A stretch of DNA of 64,000 nucleotides from an uncultured Candidatus Saccharibacteria bacterium (GCA_965230975.1 OZ246402.1:711228-775227), one strand, 5' to 3'; counted from the first letter of the stretch, positions 28,272-39,335 are shown. The notes: generated by a model from the letters alone, not told the origin. Translations and numbers: made by a program.

Positions 28272-29081
28272 TTATGGTATATATCCTTCTGTACTAAGTT
28301 TATATATCAGAATCGTGAAGTCTCTAAGTTGTCTTTTATTAACTTTCAATACCCCAGATTCGAACTTATTGTGGAGAGTATCATGAATTAAACGATATGA
28401 AAGATTATATTTTTTGATAATTTTAACAATCTGAAATTGATATTCGTTATTTAATGGCTCTTGTCTTTTTATCTTTTTAACCATTAAATATAATAGGATT
28501 TCTGGTACCAAATCACTACGATACCTTTCTTCAAATAGCTCCTTAATAAGATTGTTTGAAGAATTTGAGTTTACAATTGCAATAGCATCTATAGATTCGT
28601 AATCACTTGTTTTATCTTCATGAGTTGCAAATAAGTTTTGTCCATGCTGATCAGGTCTAGTATTACTTGTTTCTAAAGATAAAGTAGATCTGTAATAAGC
28701 TCTCATTTTCGGATTTCTAAGCACTTGATATGCTTGTTGTAACCTATCTACATAGCTTGCCCTAAGTATTTCGTTGCTAATGTTATCTGATTTATTTAGT
28801 AAAAGAAGGTATGTTTCTTTTATTAGTTCATCATCATTTATGTCTGTAGGTAGTCCTAATATGTCAAAATAATTGACTTTGAGAATCTGATGCGATAGAA
28901 AAACAAATGCTGTTTCAATCTCTGCAAATTCATCAGCTTCTATATCACCCGTGTTATATCGATTGAGTAGTAGTCTATACCTCCTATAGATATCTTCTAA
29001 GCATACATCTTCGTCAAATTCCATTCTCTCAAGATACTCTCTTCTTGAGACACTTTTTTCTTTTGGTAATGGTCTTGTCAT
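28272..29081 (-). CDS. Hypothetical protein with degenerate J-domain
   Basis: NYFDILGL..IKETY..LQQAYQVLRNPKMRAYY; HPD replaced by KSD. Confidence 0.65.
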   Translation of the reverse strand: MTRPLPKEKSVSRREYLERMEFDEDVCLEDIYRRYRLLLNRYNTGDIEADEFAEIETAFVFLSHQILKVNYFDILGLPTDINDDELIKETYLLLLNKSDNISNEILRASYVDRLQQAYQVLRNPKMRAYYRSTLSLETSNTRPDQHGQNLFATHEDKTSDYESIDAIAIVNSNSSNNLIKELFEERYRSDLVPEILLYLMVKKIKRQEPLNNEYQFQIVKIIKKYNLSYRLIHDTLHNKFESGVLKVNKRQLRDFTILIYKLSTEGYIP

Positions 29082-29153
29082 GTTTATATTATACTATAGG
29101 GTTGGTATTGTTATCAACAATTAACAACAGAATAAAACGTCTAATTGTAAGAC

Positions 29154-29696
29154 TTAGGATTCTTGTAGCCGTTTAGAAGTTACAGCCTCAAATTCTTTAT
29201 CAGTGTAAATTTCCCACTCTTTAATAGCATCTATAAACAAATTGGCATTTTGAATAGGAATTTCTATAGGTTCATTCGGGCTTTGATATCTAACACTGCT
29301 TATACCTACGTATTTACTATCTTTATATAATAATTTTATATCGTAAATAGTATCTTTAGCTTTGCCAATATAAATTCTAATCCGAGATACATACTCTTCA
29401 TCTAAATCATTATAGTTACTTAATGCAAATAATTCTGCTGGTTTAATTTCTTTACCATCCCTTATAAATATTTTATACCCGCTCCACGAACTTCCATCAA
29501 AAGTTACATCCTCTAATTCTGGGTGAGTTTCTAAATCGATACTTGTTGCAGGATAGACGATATTTAATGGCCTACTTTGAGCCACGGCAATTAGACTACA
29601 AATTAAGAGCTGTAAATAAATAGGTTCGTCTTCTATGTATATAGTTTCAAATCTTTTCTTAAAGATTCTTATAGCACCTTTTAGTTTATTATCCAT
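29154..29696 (-). CDS. Hypothetical protein
   Basis: 180 aa ORF. Confidence 0.6.
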   Translation of the reverse strand: MDNKLKGAIRIFKKRFETIYIEDEPIYLQLLICSLIAVAQSRPLNIVYPATSIDLETHPELEDVTFDGSSWSGYKIFIRDGKEIKPAELFALSNYNDLDEEYVSRIRIYIGKAKDTIYDIKLLYKDSKYVGISSVRYQSPNEPIEIPIQNANLFIDAIKEWEIYTDKEFEAVTSKRLQES

Positions 29697-29767
29697 ATAG
29701 TTATTAATTTGAAGGATAATATCACTTAAGTTTTGAAAAACAAAATTATTGAGTCTAGTTAGTTAAT

Positions 29768-30913
29768 TTAATTTTGCGTTAGAAGAGAAATTGTAAAAGT
29801 GTTACTGTCTTTTTTAGTGTTTACAGCAATTTTGCCACCAAAAGCTTCAATAATCTCTTTAGTTATTGCTAAACCCAAACCAAACCCTCCGGTTGATCTC
29901 GATCTCGATTTGTCTATTCTAAAGAATCTATCAAAAATCTTATCTTTAAATTCGTCTGATATTTGTTCCCCTGTATTTGTAATGTATAATTCAATATTAT
30001 TGCCATTATCATTTAATGCTATAACAACATCACTTTTCTTATAAGAGTATTTAATAGCATTCTCAACTAAATTAGAGACTGCTCGTTTTAACAAAATTTC
30101 ACTTGCGCTAACCAAGTATTTTTTATCTACACCAACATCAAATTTTAAGTTTATCTCATTTGCTTTTGCGGATGTGTTTAATTCTTCTATAATATCTTCA
30201 CATAATACCTTTAAATCTATCTCTTCTTTTTTAATATCACCTTTGTCTAAAAACGATAAAAGCATTAAGTCCTCTACAAGGTTATTTAAAAAGTTAATTG
30301 AATCTATAGAACTATGCATAGCCTCGTCTAAATCTGACTTTGATATATGTTTATCTAAAATAATAGATTCAAGATTTGTTCTTATTACAGTTAACGGCGT
30401 TTTAACTTCGTGAGATACATTTTCTACAAATTGTTTTTGAGATTTAAATGCTTTATCTAACCTTGCCATCATCTTATTAAAATTGCCAATTAATTGTGCA
30501 AGCTCTTCACTTGTATCTTCTGTTGCATTTATTTGGAGATATAATAGCTTTTCATTAATATCTTCCATTGTCTTATTTAGATCAGCCAATGGTTTTAGCT
30601 CTTTACGAATTAACAGGTATGTTCCGGCAGATGTAAATATAACTTGAAAAAAGATTCCAATTAAAGATGCAGTTAAAAGTCTTAAGGCATTTTCTTTACG
30701 CTCTTCTTGAATGCTTTCTTGAATTTGAGCTTGAATTTGTGCTCTTTGCTGACTCCAACTTAAAGATGTATCTACAGTAACAGGTATTGGGTCTTTATTT
30801 GGCTTTTGTTGTGTTACTAGGTTTACAAAAATAAGTACAAACACAGTTGAAATAATCACTAAAAGTGAGATTTGTATTATCAATTTTGTTTTTAAGCTTT
30901 TAAAAAAATTCAT
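29768..30913 (-). CDS. HAMP-domain sensor histidine kinase
   Basis: Two TM segments, SHEVKTPL, NLVENAIKY, FDRFFR, GFGLGL. Confidence 0.96.
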   Translation of the reverse strand: MNFFKSLKTKLIIQISLLVIISTVFVLIFVNLVTQQKPNKDPIPVTVDTSLSWSQQRAQIQAQIQESIQEERKENALRLLTASLIGIFFQVIFTSAGTYLLIRKELKPLADLNKTMEDINEKLLYLQINATEDTSEELAQLIGNFNKMMARLDKAFKSQKQFVENVSHEVKTPLTVIRTNLESIILDKHISKSDLDEAMHSSIDSINFLNNLVEDLMLLSFLDKGDIKKEEIDLKVLCEDIIEELNTSAKANEINLKFDVGVDKKYLVSASEILLKRAVSNLVENAIKYSYKKSDVVIALNDNGNNIELYITNTGEQISDEFKDKIFDRFFRIDKSRSRSTGGFGLGLAITKEIIEAFGGKIAVNTKKDSNTFTISLLTQN

Positions 30914-30962
30914 ATATTATAAACAGCAACTTTTTTAACTTTAGTTAATCTAAACTATACAA

Positions 30963-31622
30963 CTATTCTACTAGGTAACCTTTCCCTTTGATTGTTTTAA
31001 TTAAGTCTCCATTCCCATTCATCTTGCTACGTAATGTTTTTATATGTGTTTTAACGGTATCTGTAAAAAGATCCATATTTGTATCCCAAACATGTTCTAA
31101 AAGTTCTTCTGTAGAAACAGCCCTACCTTTATTTAAAATCAAATATTCCAAAACTGCGCACTCCTTATTACTTAAATTGTATATTTTTTCGCCTTCATTT
31201 AATTGATTTTTACCAGTGTCTAAAACTAAATTCCCAACCTTAAGCTCGGTGTTTTTGTTAGGGCTTCCTCTTTTTATTAAAGCATTAATTCTTGCTAATA
31301 ACTCTTGTAAGTCAAATGGTTTTGTTAAGTAATCGTCTGTACCAACATCAAACCCTTCAAGCTTGTTGTATATTTGGCTTCTGGCGGTAAGCATTAAAAT
31401 AGGTGTAGCAATTCCCGATTCTCTAGCTTTTTTGCAAATATCTATGCCGTTAATTTCGGGTAAATTCAAATCTAAAACTATGCAATCATAATTATTTTCT
31501 AAAATCATGGCTAAACCTTTTTTGCCATCCATTGCATAATCTACAAGATAGTTTCTTGATCTTAAAACCCTTATTACTGGTTTTGCTATATTTTCTTCGT
31601 CTTCTATATATAAGATTTTCAT
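30963..31622 (-). CDS. OmpR/PhoB-family response regulator
   Basis: MKILYIEDE, LDLNLP, DDYLTKPF, winged-helix TIKGKGY. Confidence 0.96.
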   Translation of the reverse strand: MKILYIEDEENIAKPVIRVLRSRNYLVDYAMDGKKGLAMILENNYDCIVLDLNLPEINGIDICKKARESGIATPILMLTARSQIYNKLEGFDVGTDDYLTKPFDLQELLARINALIKRGSPNKNTELKVGNLVLDTGKNQLNEGEKIYNLSNKECAVLEYLILNKGRAVSTEELLEHVWDTNMDLFTDTVKTHIKTLRSKMNGNGDLIKTIKGKGYLVE

Positions 31623-31645
31623 ACTGTTGATTATAACTAATTTTG

Positions 31646-31661
31646 GTGAAGTTAGCGTGAA
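31646..31661. promoter_or_regulatory. GTGAA-N6-GTGAA direct repeat, candidate response-regulator site
   Basis: Covers the -35 region of the regulator promoter; the same motif occurs at 28253-28268 and 46406-46421. Confidence 0.55.
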
Positions 31662-31727
31662 GGTTATATCACTTTTCAAGTGACTGTATTACTTATTAGA
31701 GCTATAATTCTTAATACTTTTTTCCAA

Positions 31728-33014
31728 ATGATTTTGAAAACATCACATATAGAAATTTTGGCCCCTGCCGGTTCTTTTGAATCTTTACAAGCTGCTATAA
31801 ACGCCGGTTGCCATGCAATATATTTTGGTATTGGAGACATGAACATGAGGGCAACTGCTGCGGCAAATTTTTCAAATGAAGACATGCCAGAGATTGTTAA
31901 AATTTGCCACGAAAATAATGTAAAGGCATATTTAACACTTAATACTTTGGTTTACGATCAAGAGGTAGCAGAGATGAAAACCATTGTTGAAACAGCAAAA
32001 AAAGTAGGGATAGATGCAGTTATTGCAGCAGATATGGCTACAATTGCTTATGCTAACCAAGTTGGCTTGGAGGTTCATATTTCTACTCAATTATCTATTT
32101 CTAATATTGAAAGTGTTAAATTTTATTCTAAGTTTTCTGATAGATTAGTTTTGGCCAGAGAACTTACTATTGAACAGGTTAAAGAGATTTGTGAGGAGAT
32201 TAAAACTCAAGACATTAAAGGCCCAAAGGGTAATTTGATAGAGATAGAAGTTTTTGCACATGGTGCATTGTGTGTCGCGGTTAGTGGTAGATGTTCTATG
32301 AGTTTGTATTGTTATAACACCTCTGCAAACAAAGGTAGGTGTACTCAAATTTGTAGAAGAAGATACAAGGTAACAGATATTGATACTGGTAAAGAGCTTG
32401 TTGTAGACAATAACTATATTATGAGTTCTAGTGATTTATGTACTATTGGTATGTTAGATAAACTTGTAGATGCCGGGGTTAGTGTTTTAAAGTTTGAGGG
32501 TAGAGGTAGGTCTGCAGATTATGTAGATACAGTAATTAAAACTTACAAAAATGCTTTAAAAAGCCTTGAAGATGGAACATATACATCTGAAAACATTATT
32601 CAATGGAATAGAGATTTAAAGACTGTGTTTAATAGAGGTACTACAGAGGGTTTTTATATGGGTAGAAAGATGGATGAGTGGTCTGGTGTTCATGGTAGTA
32701 AGGCAACAAAAGAAAAATATGCTATTGGTACTGTTGAGAAATACTATCCTAAGATTAATGTTGTTCAAATTGCTATTCAAGCAAAAGATGAAGTTGAATC
32801 AGAAGAAGAATTCTTAATTATTGGCCCTAAAACTGGTGTAGTTAAAGGCAAAATTCCTGAATTTATGGTTAACGATAAACCTTCAAAAGTTATGGCACAA
32901 GGTGATGTAGTTACTTTTAAAATAGATTCTGCAGTTAAAGAGGGAGATAAGTTTTATGTTGTAAGAGATAGGCTTTCAGATATTCCAAAGGGTAGAGAGG
33001 TTTTGATAAAGTAA
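31728..33014 (+). CDS. U32 peptidase family protein (TrhP-like tRNA hydroxylation)
   Basis: EILAPAG, HISTQ, LAREL, HGALCVAVSGRC, GRCTQICR, KFEGR. Confidence 0.92.
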   Translation: MILKTSHIEILAPAGSFESLQAAINAGCHAIYFGIGDMNMRATAAANFSNEDMPEIVKICHENNVKAYLTLNTLVYDQEVAEMKTIVETAKKVGIDAVIAADMATIAYANQVGLEVHISTQLSISNIESVKFYSKFSDRLVLARELTIEQVKEICEEIKTQDIKGPKGNLIEIEVFAHGALCVAVSGRCSMSLYCYNTSANKGRCTQICRRRYKVTDIDTGKELVVDNNYIMSSSDLCTIGMLDKLVDAGVSVLKFEGRGRSADYVDTVIKTYKNALKSLEDGTYTSENIIQWNRDLKTVFNRGTTEGFYMGRKMDEWSGVHGSKATKEKYAIGTVEKYYPKINVVQIAIQAKDEVESEEEFLIIGPKTGVVKGKIPEFMVNDKPSKVMAQGDVVTFKIDSAVKEGDKFYVVRDRLSDIPKGREVLIK

Positions 33015-33074
33015 GTTATCATACTTTCACATCAATGATATATAATTAGCGCAATATCTTTAAATATTCAATTG

Positions 33075-33539
33075 ATGGATAATACGTTATTTACTAGAAA
33101 AGAAGCAGGAGAGCAACAACTAGAAAGTATTTTGATTTCAGACATTTTAAATGGATTTAATTTTTCTGAGGAACAGATTAAAGAAGTAAAAAATATTCTT
33201 AGATCTATATTTGAGTCAGAAAGCCTTACTCCAGAAACCATTTCTCCATTAAAAGCTGCGATAGAAGGCTTTAATAATCAAAATAATCAGGTAGTTCCTA
33301 CATTCAACCTTCTATTAGCACAATTATTATATGCAATAGTTCACTTTTATTTTGAAGATACTCAATCTCTTAAAAGATCATTCGATACACTAGAAGATGA
33401 AGAACTCTTAGAAATTCCATTTTTTGATTATTTTGAATCGGCTTATACATTATCTGAAGAAGTAGCGGACGAAGCTTTATGGGATTATATTAATAATCTT
33501 GAAGGAGGATTGTTAAATAACTCATGGATAATTAATTAA
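33075..33539 (+). CDS. Hypothetical acidic protein
   Basis: About 154 aa ORF. Confidence 0.6.
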   Translation: MDNTLFTRKEAGEQQLESILISDILNGFNFSEEQIKEVKNILRSIFESESLTPETISPLKAAIEGFNNQNNQVVPTFNLLLAQLLYAIVHFYFEDTQSLKRSFDTLEDEELLEIPFFDYFESAYTLSEEVADEALWDYINNLEGGLLNNSWIIN

Positions 33540-33586
33540 TCTTGAGGAATTCTTAAAAAAAACGTATAATTCAATGCTTTCAATTT

Positions 33587-33658
33587 GGCCCTATCGTCTA
33601 TCGGTTAGGACACCAGGTTTTCATCCTGGAAAGCGGAGTTCGATTCTCCGTGGGGTCA
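33587..33658 (+). tRNA. tRNA-Glu(TTC), CCA not encoded
   Basis: GGCCCTA/TGGGGTC acceptor stem, CCAGG-TTTTCAT-CCTGG anticodon arm, GTTCGATTC. Confidence 0.97.
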
Positions 33659-33706
33659 ATAATTTCAATAAATCTAAACAATCTTGTTCTTTTTAAGTAG
33701 ATATAG

Positions 33707-34396
33707 TTATTGCAATTTATCTGTCTTATCCTTGAAAGTTTGAAAAACACTTACCCTATAAAGCTCAGCATTTCTTTCCATAACATCTAACCTATTTTTA
33801 AAGTCATAAATACTATATTTCTGAGAGGGTAGAAACTCATTACTTGAAACATTAAAATATTTTTTCAAAATATTATCGATTGTAAAAATATTAGCATAAT
33901 CATCGATAAAAGATGCTAATAATCTTACACTTAGCAAGTCTTTTAAACTTAAACTTTTTGGATCAATATTTGAGTTTATTGTATGCATAGCTAAATCAAG
34001 AATATACTTTATTTCTGCGTATGAAATATCATACCCAATATAGGCTAAAATCGCCCTAGATCTATCATTAAACGATCGTTCAATTTTTTGAATAGTAAAA
34101 TTCTCAATTTCGATTACCATTCTTTGATCAATATGATTTCTAACAAAATTGTCAAAAACACTAATGATTGATTTATCTATGTCTAGTAGATGGTCTCTTG
34201 GTATTTCATAACGAGTCTCTTTTAAGGGGTCATAGTATGTAAATTTGTCATTAGAGCTTAAAAACCCTATTCTTTGAATAAGTTTAGTGTTTTTACTTTG
34301 TCGCTTATTTAGTTGTGATAAAAGTCGCATGCGGTATTCGTTGGTAGGAGGTCTAGTTTCAGAAGTCCGTTTATTGAATAAGTTAAAGTTCAACAT
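33707..34396 (-). CDS. Hypothetical protein
   Basis: 229 aa ORF. Confidence 0.6.
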   Translation of the reverse strand: MLNFNLFNKRTSETRPPTNEYRMRLLSQLNKRQSKNTKLIQRIGFLSSNDKFTYYDPLKETRYEIPRDHLLDIDKSIISVFDNFVRNHIDQRMVIEIENFTIQKIERSFNDRSRAILAYIGYDISYAEIKYILDLAMHTINSNIDPKSLSLKDLLSVRLLASFIDDYANIFTIDNILKKYFNVSSNEFLPSQKYSIYDFKNRLDVMERNAELYRVSVFQTFKDKTDKLQ

Positions 34397-34498
34397 AAAA
34401 TTTTAGATTGATTAACACAAATCTATAATTATATTGCAAAAAATAGTACACTTATATATACAATAATATATCAGTAGTAATATATTTTAAAGAAGAAT

Positions 34499-36208
34499 AT
34501 GGAAAATATTAAACAAGATCTTCTAGCATTTTTTGGAAATGAAAAAAATAGATTATTTATTTATATTCTCTTTGGATTTATTTCTTTAATTGTTATAAGT
34601 TCTGCAGTACTTCTAATATTATCTGTACCTAAAACTCCAAAACTCTCAAATGCAGAAGAAACAAAAGTTATAGATGAAATAATCAAAAATAACCCATCTG
34701 CTATTTTAGAAGAAACTATTAAAGATTCTAAAGATTCAAATGTACCTAATGAAAGTGCTCCATTTGGTACTCCAAGTCAAACTCCTGATCTTACTAAATA
34801 CAACTATAGAATCAGTGAATATAGCTATAAAACGGGGCCAGCTTATAAAGCTTGTAATTTAAATAATGGTAACTTTGAAGGCGGGCAAAACTCATCCTTA
34901 ATGAACTATTTTGATGGTAACTATAATTATACTTTTACAGAATATTTTGAAAAAAATCGTTCTGTTAACAAAAGCTACGTAACGTCTAATACATCTGGTC
35001 TGTTTCAAATAAATATATCAGATTATTCTAATATTCAATCACAATCTTATCAATATAATGGTGGAGAATATGCGATTAAAGCAATTTACGAACCTTACGA
35101 AGGCTATGTACAAGATGAGTACTTAAGTTACCCTGCATCTTATGCGAATCAATACTTAGATAACAGTTACTATACATTTATTGGAGAAGAAAAAATTGAT
35201 GGTAAAGATACTTACAAAATTCAAACAAATTATTATACTTTTTGTGATGGTAGCTACGGCTTGCTAAGTTCTGATTCTGAAAATGAAATACCTAATGCTG
35301 TAAAAATAGTAAATATAATTTATGCAGATAAAAATACCTACAGCATTCTAAGATATCAATCTTTCTTAAATGAGGTTAGTGACTCAAATCTTATAAGTAC
35401 TACAAATTCTTCTATAAAAACTTCATTAGTAAAGCTAGCAGATGTTAACGGAGAGTTTAAATTTAATTACAATGTTGCAGTTAAAATTATTGACTACACA
35501 GGTTACTGGGATTTGTTTAATGAAGATAATATTAAAAGTATATTTAAAAATTACTTAGCAACAAGTAATACTAGTCTTTTAAATGATAGTAGTTATGTTG
35601 TAAGTGGCATTTCAATACCAAGTGCATACCCTAAATTAGCAAACTCAGGATTTTTAACAGACAGAAAGTTTTACCCTACAAGTGTAGAAGGTGACGATTT
35701 TTACTTATATATGGTCACAAATAATAATATTAACCCAGAATCATCTATTAATCTTTATAGACGTGTTAACTTTGAGAGCTATGACTATATTAATTTAGAT
35801 ATTTACGATATCTCGGTTACTAAAGATGACCTTATTGCTTCACTTTTGCAAGATAAATACACTAGTTTTGAATCTTTTGAAGAAAAATTAATTATTGATT
35901 CAATAGAGGTTCCTGCAACTAAAATAAGTTTTGAATACAAGTACTTTGAAATACCTACTTCTTACACGTCAAGTAGCTCTTACCCTGCATCTTACCCATC
36001 CTATCACTGGACTTCAGATGTTTATGTCTTTAGCTTTAACAATCGGGTATACAAACTAACTTCATCTCAAGATGCAACAAGTTTAAATTTTAAATCTTAT
36101 AGTTCTAATAATCAGACAGAGTTAAATAACTTTTTTGATTTAATTGTGGGTTACAATTACTACTTTCCAACAAGTTATGCAAGCTATCCAGTAAGTTATA
36201 ATTGGTAA
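34499..36208 (+). CDS. Membrane-anchored Ser/Tyr/Asn-rich extracellular protein
   Basis: N-terminal TM; recurrent SYP(A)SY motifs. Confidence 0.75.
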   Translation: MENIKQDLLAFFGNEKNRLFIYILFGFISLIVISSAVLLILSVPKTPKLSNAEETKVIDEIIKNNPSAILEETIKDSKDSNVPNESAPFGTPSQTPDLTKYNYRISEYSYKTGPAYKACNLNNGNFEGGQNSSLMNYFDGNYNYTFTEYFEKNRSVNKSYVTSNTSGLFQINISDYSNIQSQSYQYNGGEYAIKAIYEPYEGYVQDEYLSYPASYANQYLDNSYYTFIGEEKIDGKDTYKIQTNYYTFCDGSYGLLSSDSENEIPNAVKIVNIIYADKNTYSILRYQSFLNEVSDSNLISTTNSSIKTSLVKLADVNGEFKFNYNVAVKIIDYTGYWDLFNEDNIKSIFKNYLATSNTSLLNDSSYVVSGISIPSAYPKLANSGFLTDRKFYPTSVEGDDFYLYMVTNNNINPESSINLYRRVNFESYDYINLDIYDISVTKDDLIASLLQDKYTSFESFEEKLIIDSIEVPATKISFEYKYFEIPTSYTSSSSYPASYPSYHWTSDVYVFSFNNRVYKLTSSQDATSLNFKSYSSNNQTELNNFFDLIVGYNYYFPTSYASYPVSYNW

Positions 36209-36221
36209 AATACAAACATAA

Positions 36222-36250
36222 AAAGTGGCCCAACACAGTTGGGCTACTTT
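36222..36250. terminator. Intrinsic terminator between convergent genes
   Basis: AAAGTGGCCCAAC-ACA-GTTGGGCTACTTT. Confidence 0.8.
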
Positions 36251-36261
36251 AAACTCATGTT

Positions 36262-37623
36262 TTAAAAGCTTAAAGGAAATTTCTTAGCAAAAGATATTAC
36301 ATTCTTTTTGACATCTTTTATTCTTGAATCCTTACTTGCAAGTACATCAAATTGTGAAAAGTCTATGGATTTTGCTTTTAAATCTACTGCAATATCTGTT
36401 ACTTCGTTAATCCATTTAGCAACCTGCTTCATCTCTTTTTCCTTCATTCCTCTAGTTGTTAATGTTGGTGATCCAATCCTTAGGCCGCTTGGATTTAAAG
36501 GGGATCCAGATTCGTATGGTACTGTATTCATGTTGCTTATAATATTTGCATAGGCTAATGCTCTTGAAACATACTTACCTCCAATATCACGGCTTGATTT
36601 TAAATCTATTAAAACAAGGTGCTTATCTGTACCACCCGAGACAATTCTTAATCCGTAATTAGATAACTCAGTTGCAAGAACTTTTGCATTTTTTAATATT
36701 TGGCTACAATACTTTTTAAATTCTCGTGTGTCTGCTTCAAATAAAGCTTGTGTAATACCAGCAATAGTTCCGTTGTGTGGACCACCCTGCATGCCTGGCA
36801 TTACAGATTTATTAATTTTTTCAACAAATTCTTCTTTCATAAGTATCATGGCTCCCTTAGGGCCTCTTAAAGTTTTGTGAGTAGTCATTGTAACTACGTC
36901 TGCTATTCCAACTGGAGATTCAACTACACCTGATGCAATTAAACCTGCCTCGTGAGCTATATCAGAGAGGTAAATAGCACCAACTTTATCTGCAATCTTT
37001 CTGATTTTTTTGTAATCTATCCCTCTTGGGTATGCAGTCCCACCTGTAATAATCATTTTGGGCTTTTCTTCTATAGCTAGTTTTTCTATAAAGTCATAAT
37101 CAAAAACTTCGGTTTTAGAATCAGTTTTGTACTGAACAACATTAAAAATTTTAGATACTATACTTATTTTTACATTACCACCTCTATAAGTCATATTAGT
37201 TGCCATATCTTCTTTATCTTGTTCGGTTCTATCTTTAGTTGGAATATAACTCCAGCCATGCGATAAGTGACCTCCATCTGGCAAATACATGCTTAAGATT
37301 TTGTCACCTGGTTCTAATAAGGCATTGTAAACAGCCAGGTTTGCATTTGAACCTGCATATGGTTGTACATTTGCAGACCAACCTTTTGGTGCTTTAAATA
37401 CTTTTAAAGCCATTTCTATACAAAGATTTTCTAATTGATCTATAAATTCGTTACCTTCGTAGTATCTAGCACCAGGGTACCCTTCGGAATACTTATGCAT
37501 AAAAATACTTCCAACAGCTTCTCTAACTGCAGGGGACGTAAAGTTTTCAGATGGAATTAAGTCTAGTGTTTCTGATTGTCTTTTCTTTTCATTATCTAGG
37601 ATCTTCTTAATTTTAGGGTTCAT
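36262..37623 (-). CDS. glyA: Serine hydroxymethyltransferase
   Basis: LIPSEN, KYSEGYPGARYY, GGHLSHG, TTHKTLRGP. Confidence 0.98.
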   Translation of the reverse strand: MNPKIKKILDNEKKRQSETLDLIPSENFTSPAVREAVGSIFMHKYSEGYPGARYYEGNEFIDQLENLCIEMALKVFKAPKGWSANVQPYAGSNANLAVYNALLEPGDKILSMYLPDGGHLSHGWSYIPTKDRTEQDKEDMATNMTYRGGNVKISIVSKIFNVVQYKTDSKTEVFDYDFIEKLAIEEKPKMIITGGTAYPRGIDYKKIRKIADKVGAIYLSDIAHEAGLIASGVVESPVGIADVVTMTTHKTLRGPKGAMILMKEEFVEKINKSVMPGMQGGPHNGTIAGITQALFEADTREFKKYCSQILKNAKVLATELSNYGLRIVSGGTDKHLVLIDLKSSRDIGGKYVSRALAYANIISNMNTVPYESGSPLNPSGLRIGSPTLTTRGMKEKEMKQVAKWINEVTDIAVDLKAKSIDFSQFDVLASKDSRIKDVKKNVISFAKKFPLSF

Positions 37624-37767
37624 AGTATAAAAATAATAATTATTTGGGAATTTGAGTTTGTGTTGTCAGATACTTCAGATCATAAAGAAGGTTTAATAGA
37701 TTATCTTTGAATGATTAAAATACATTATTTATGATATCCTTGAAATATTCAATCGAAAAATAACTAT

Positions 37768-38712
37768 ATGGATGAGATTCTAAAATTGATTCTTGAAAAG
37801 TATCAATTTGATTTTATAAATATTGCCGCTGCTCAAAAAGGGTATAGAAATTCTTCATATTTAGTTACATGTAAGAATGGTGAGCTAATTAATTTGATTT
37901 TATATAAAAGGGAGCTTGGCATTTTGCAAAAAATTAAATCTGCAAATAAAGTTTCTTTAGAAATGCATAAATCTGGATTGCCTGTAAGATATCCAATAGG
38001 AAAAATATTAAGACTAACTGAAAATTACTACGCATGCATTTATAACTACCTTCCTGGGTCAACTATTCCTTGGGAATCTTACAGTATGGATCATTTAAAA
38101 TTGCTTGGTCAATATCTTAACAAAATACATTTTCATGGTAAAAATATGCCTTCACAAAACCTCGTTAAAGAGGCGGAAGTGCTTAAGGTGATACTTAGTA
38201 GGGTAGATAATTACTTTAAAAATGATAATGTTAAAGTTGCATTAAAAAATAAATTAAACATTGAAATAAATTTTGATAATCTCTTAAAACAATCAGAAAA
38301 GATTATCAATGATGTAGAAAGTTCAAATAAATCTACGATTTTACACATGGATTTTGTTCGTGGAAATATCTTGTTTGAATATAACCCAACAAGAATTTCA
38401 GGAATACTAGATTTTGAAAAAGCATCTTATGGTTCCCCATTATTTGATATTGCAAGAACAATGGCCTTTTTAATAGTAGATTGTAAATATAAATCTGAAG
38501 AAAAGATTAGAAAGTATTTTTTAAAGTCTGGATATATTAAGAATGGGAACTACAAATTTGATAGCTTTAAATACTTGAATGAACTTGTAGCACTATATTT
38601 AATTTATGATTTTTATAAGTTTTTAAAACATAACCCGTACGAATATTTGAACCAAAACGAGCATTTTAATAGAACAGTTAAAGTACTAAAAGATACAAGA
38701 CTTCTTCTATAG
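37768..38712 (+). CDS. APH/choline-kinase-like phosphotransferase
   Basis: HMDFVRGNILF (HxDxxxxN) and ILDFE. Confidence 0.85.
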   Translation: MDEILKLILEKYQFDFINIAAAQKGYRNSSYLVTCKNGELINLILYKRELGILQKIKSANKVSLEMHKSGLPVRYPIGKILRLTENYYACIYNYLPGSTIPWESYSMDHLKLLGQYLNKIHFHGKNMPSQNLVKEAEVLKVILSRVDNYFKNDNVKVALKNKLNIEINFDNLLKQSEKIINDVESSNKSTILHMDFVRGNILFEYNPTRISGILDFEKASYGSPLFDIARTMAFLIVDCKYKSEEKIRKYFLKSGYIKNGNYKFDSFKYLNELVALYLIYDFYKFLKHNPYEYLNQNEHFNRTVKVLKDTRLLL

Positions 38713-38780
38713 GGTTTATCGACAGTCTACGCCTTTTACTTTAGAATATATTTCTAGTAATTACCTTTTACCCACTTTTT

Positions 38781-39335
38781 ATGGCTTCTGCATGGAAAAA
38801 ACGTCTTATAGATCAAAGCGATTTAATGACTTTAAACGAAAAATTGAAAGAGAAAGATAAGAAAATTGTCTTTACTGCAGGTAGTTGGGATTTATTGCAT
38901 GTTGGGCAGTGCAGATATTTAGAAGAGGCAAAAAGCAAGGGTGATATTTTAGTGGTTGGGGTAAGTTCTAACGAGGCTATTAGAAAGGTTAAAGGGCCAA
39001 ATAAACCAATTTTAGACGAAAAGATCAGAGCAGAGATGCTTACTTATTTAAGATCTGTTGATTTTGTAACCATATTACCAGAACCATCTTGCCAGCCAAC
39101 TTTAGGTTTACTAAAGCCAGATGTTTATGTAACTGTAAAAGAAGATTGGACAAGTGAATATAAAGAATCAAAAGAATATAAAACAGTAGTTAAATACGGA
39201 GGGGAAGTTTTAGTTGTAGATAGGCAATCAACAAAATTATCTACTACAAAGATTATTCAAAGAGCAATTGGTGGCCATTTAGGTGAGATTTTTAAAGATT
39301 TTATGGAACTTAGAAAAGACCCTTTAAAAGAGTAA
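38781..39335 (+). CDS. Cytidylyltransferase-like protein (RfaE-II/TarD family)
   Basis: FTAGSWDLLHVGQ, LVVGVSS, KGPNKPI, STTKII. Confidence 0.88.
   Translation: MASAWKKRLIDQSDLMTLNEKLKEKDKKIVFTAGSWDLLHVGQCRYLEEAKSKGDILVVGVSSNEAIRKVKGPNKPILDEKIRAEMLTYLRSVDFVTILPEPSCQPTLGLLKPDVYVTVKEDWTSEYKESKEYKTVVKYGGEVLVVDRQSTKLSTTKIIQRAIGGHLGEIFKDFMELRKDPLKE

Noticed and set aside
37624-37767. ZTP or THF riboswitch before glyA
   Set aside because: No recognisable consensus or GC-rich stems
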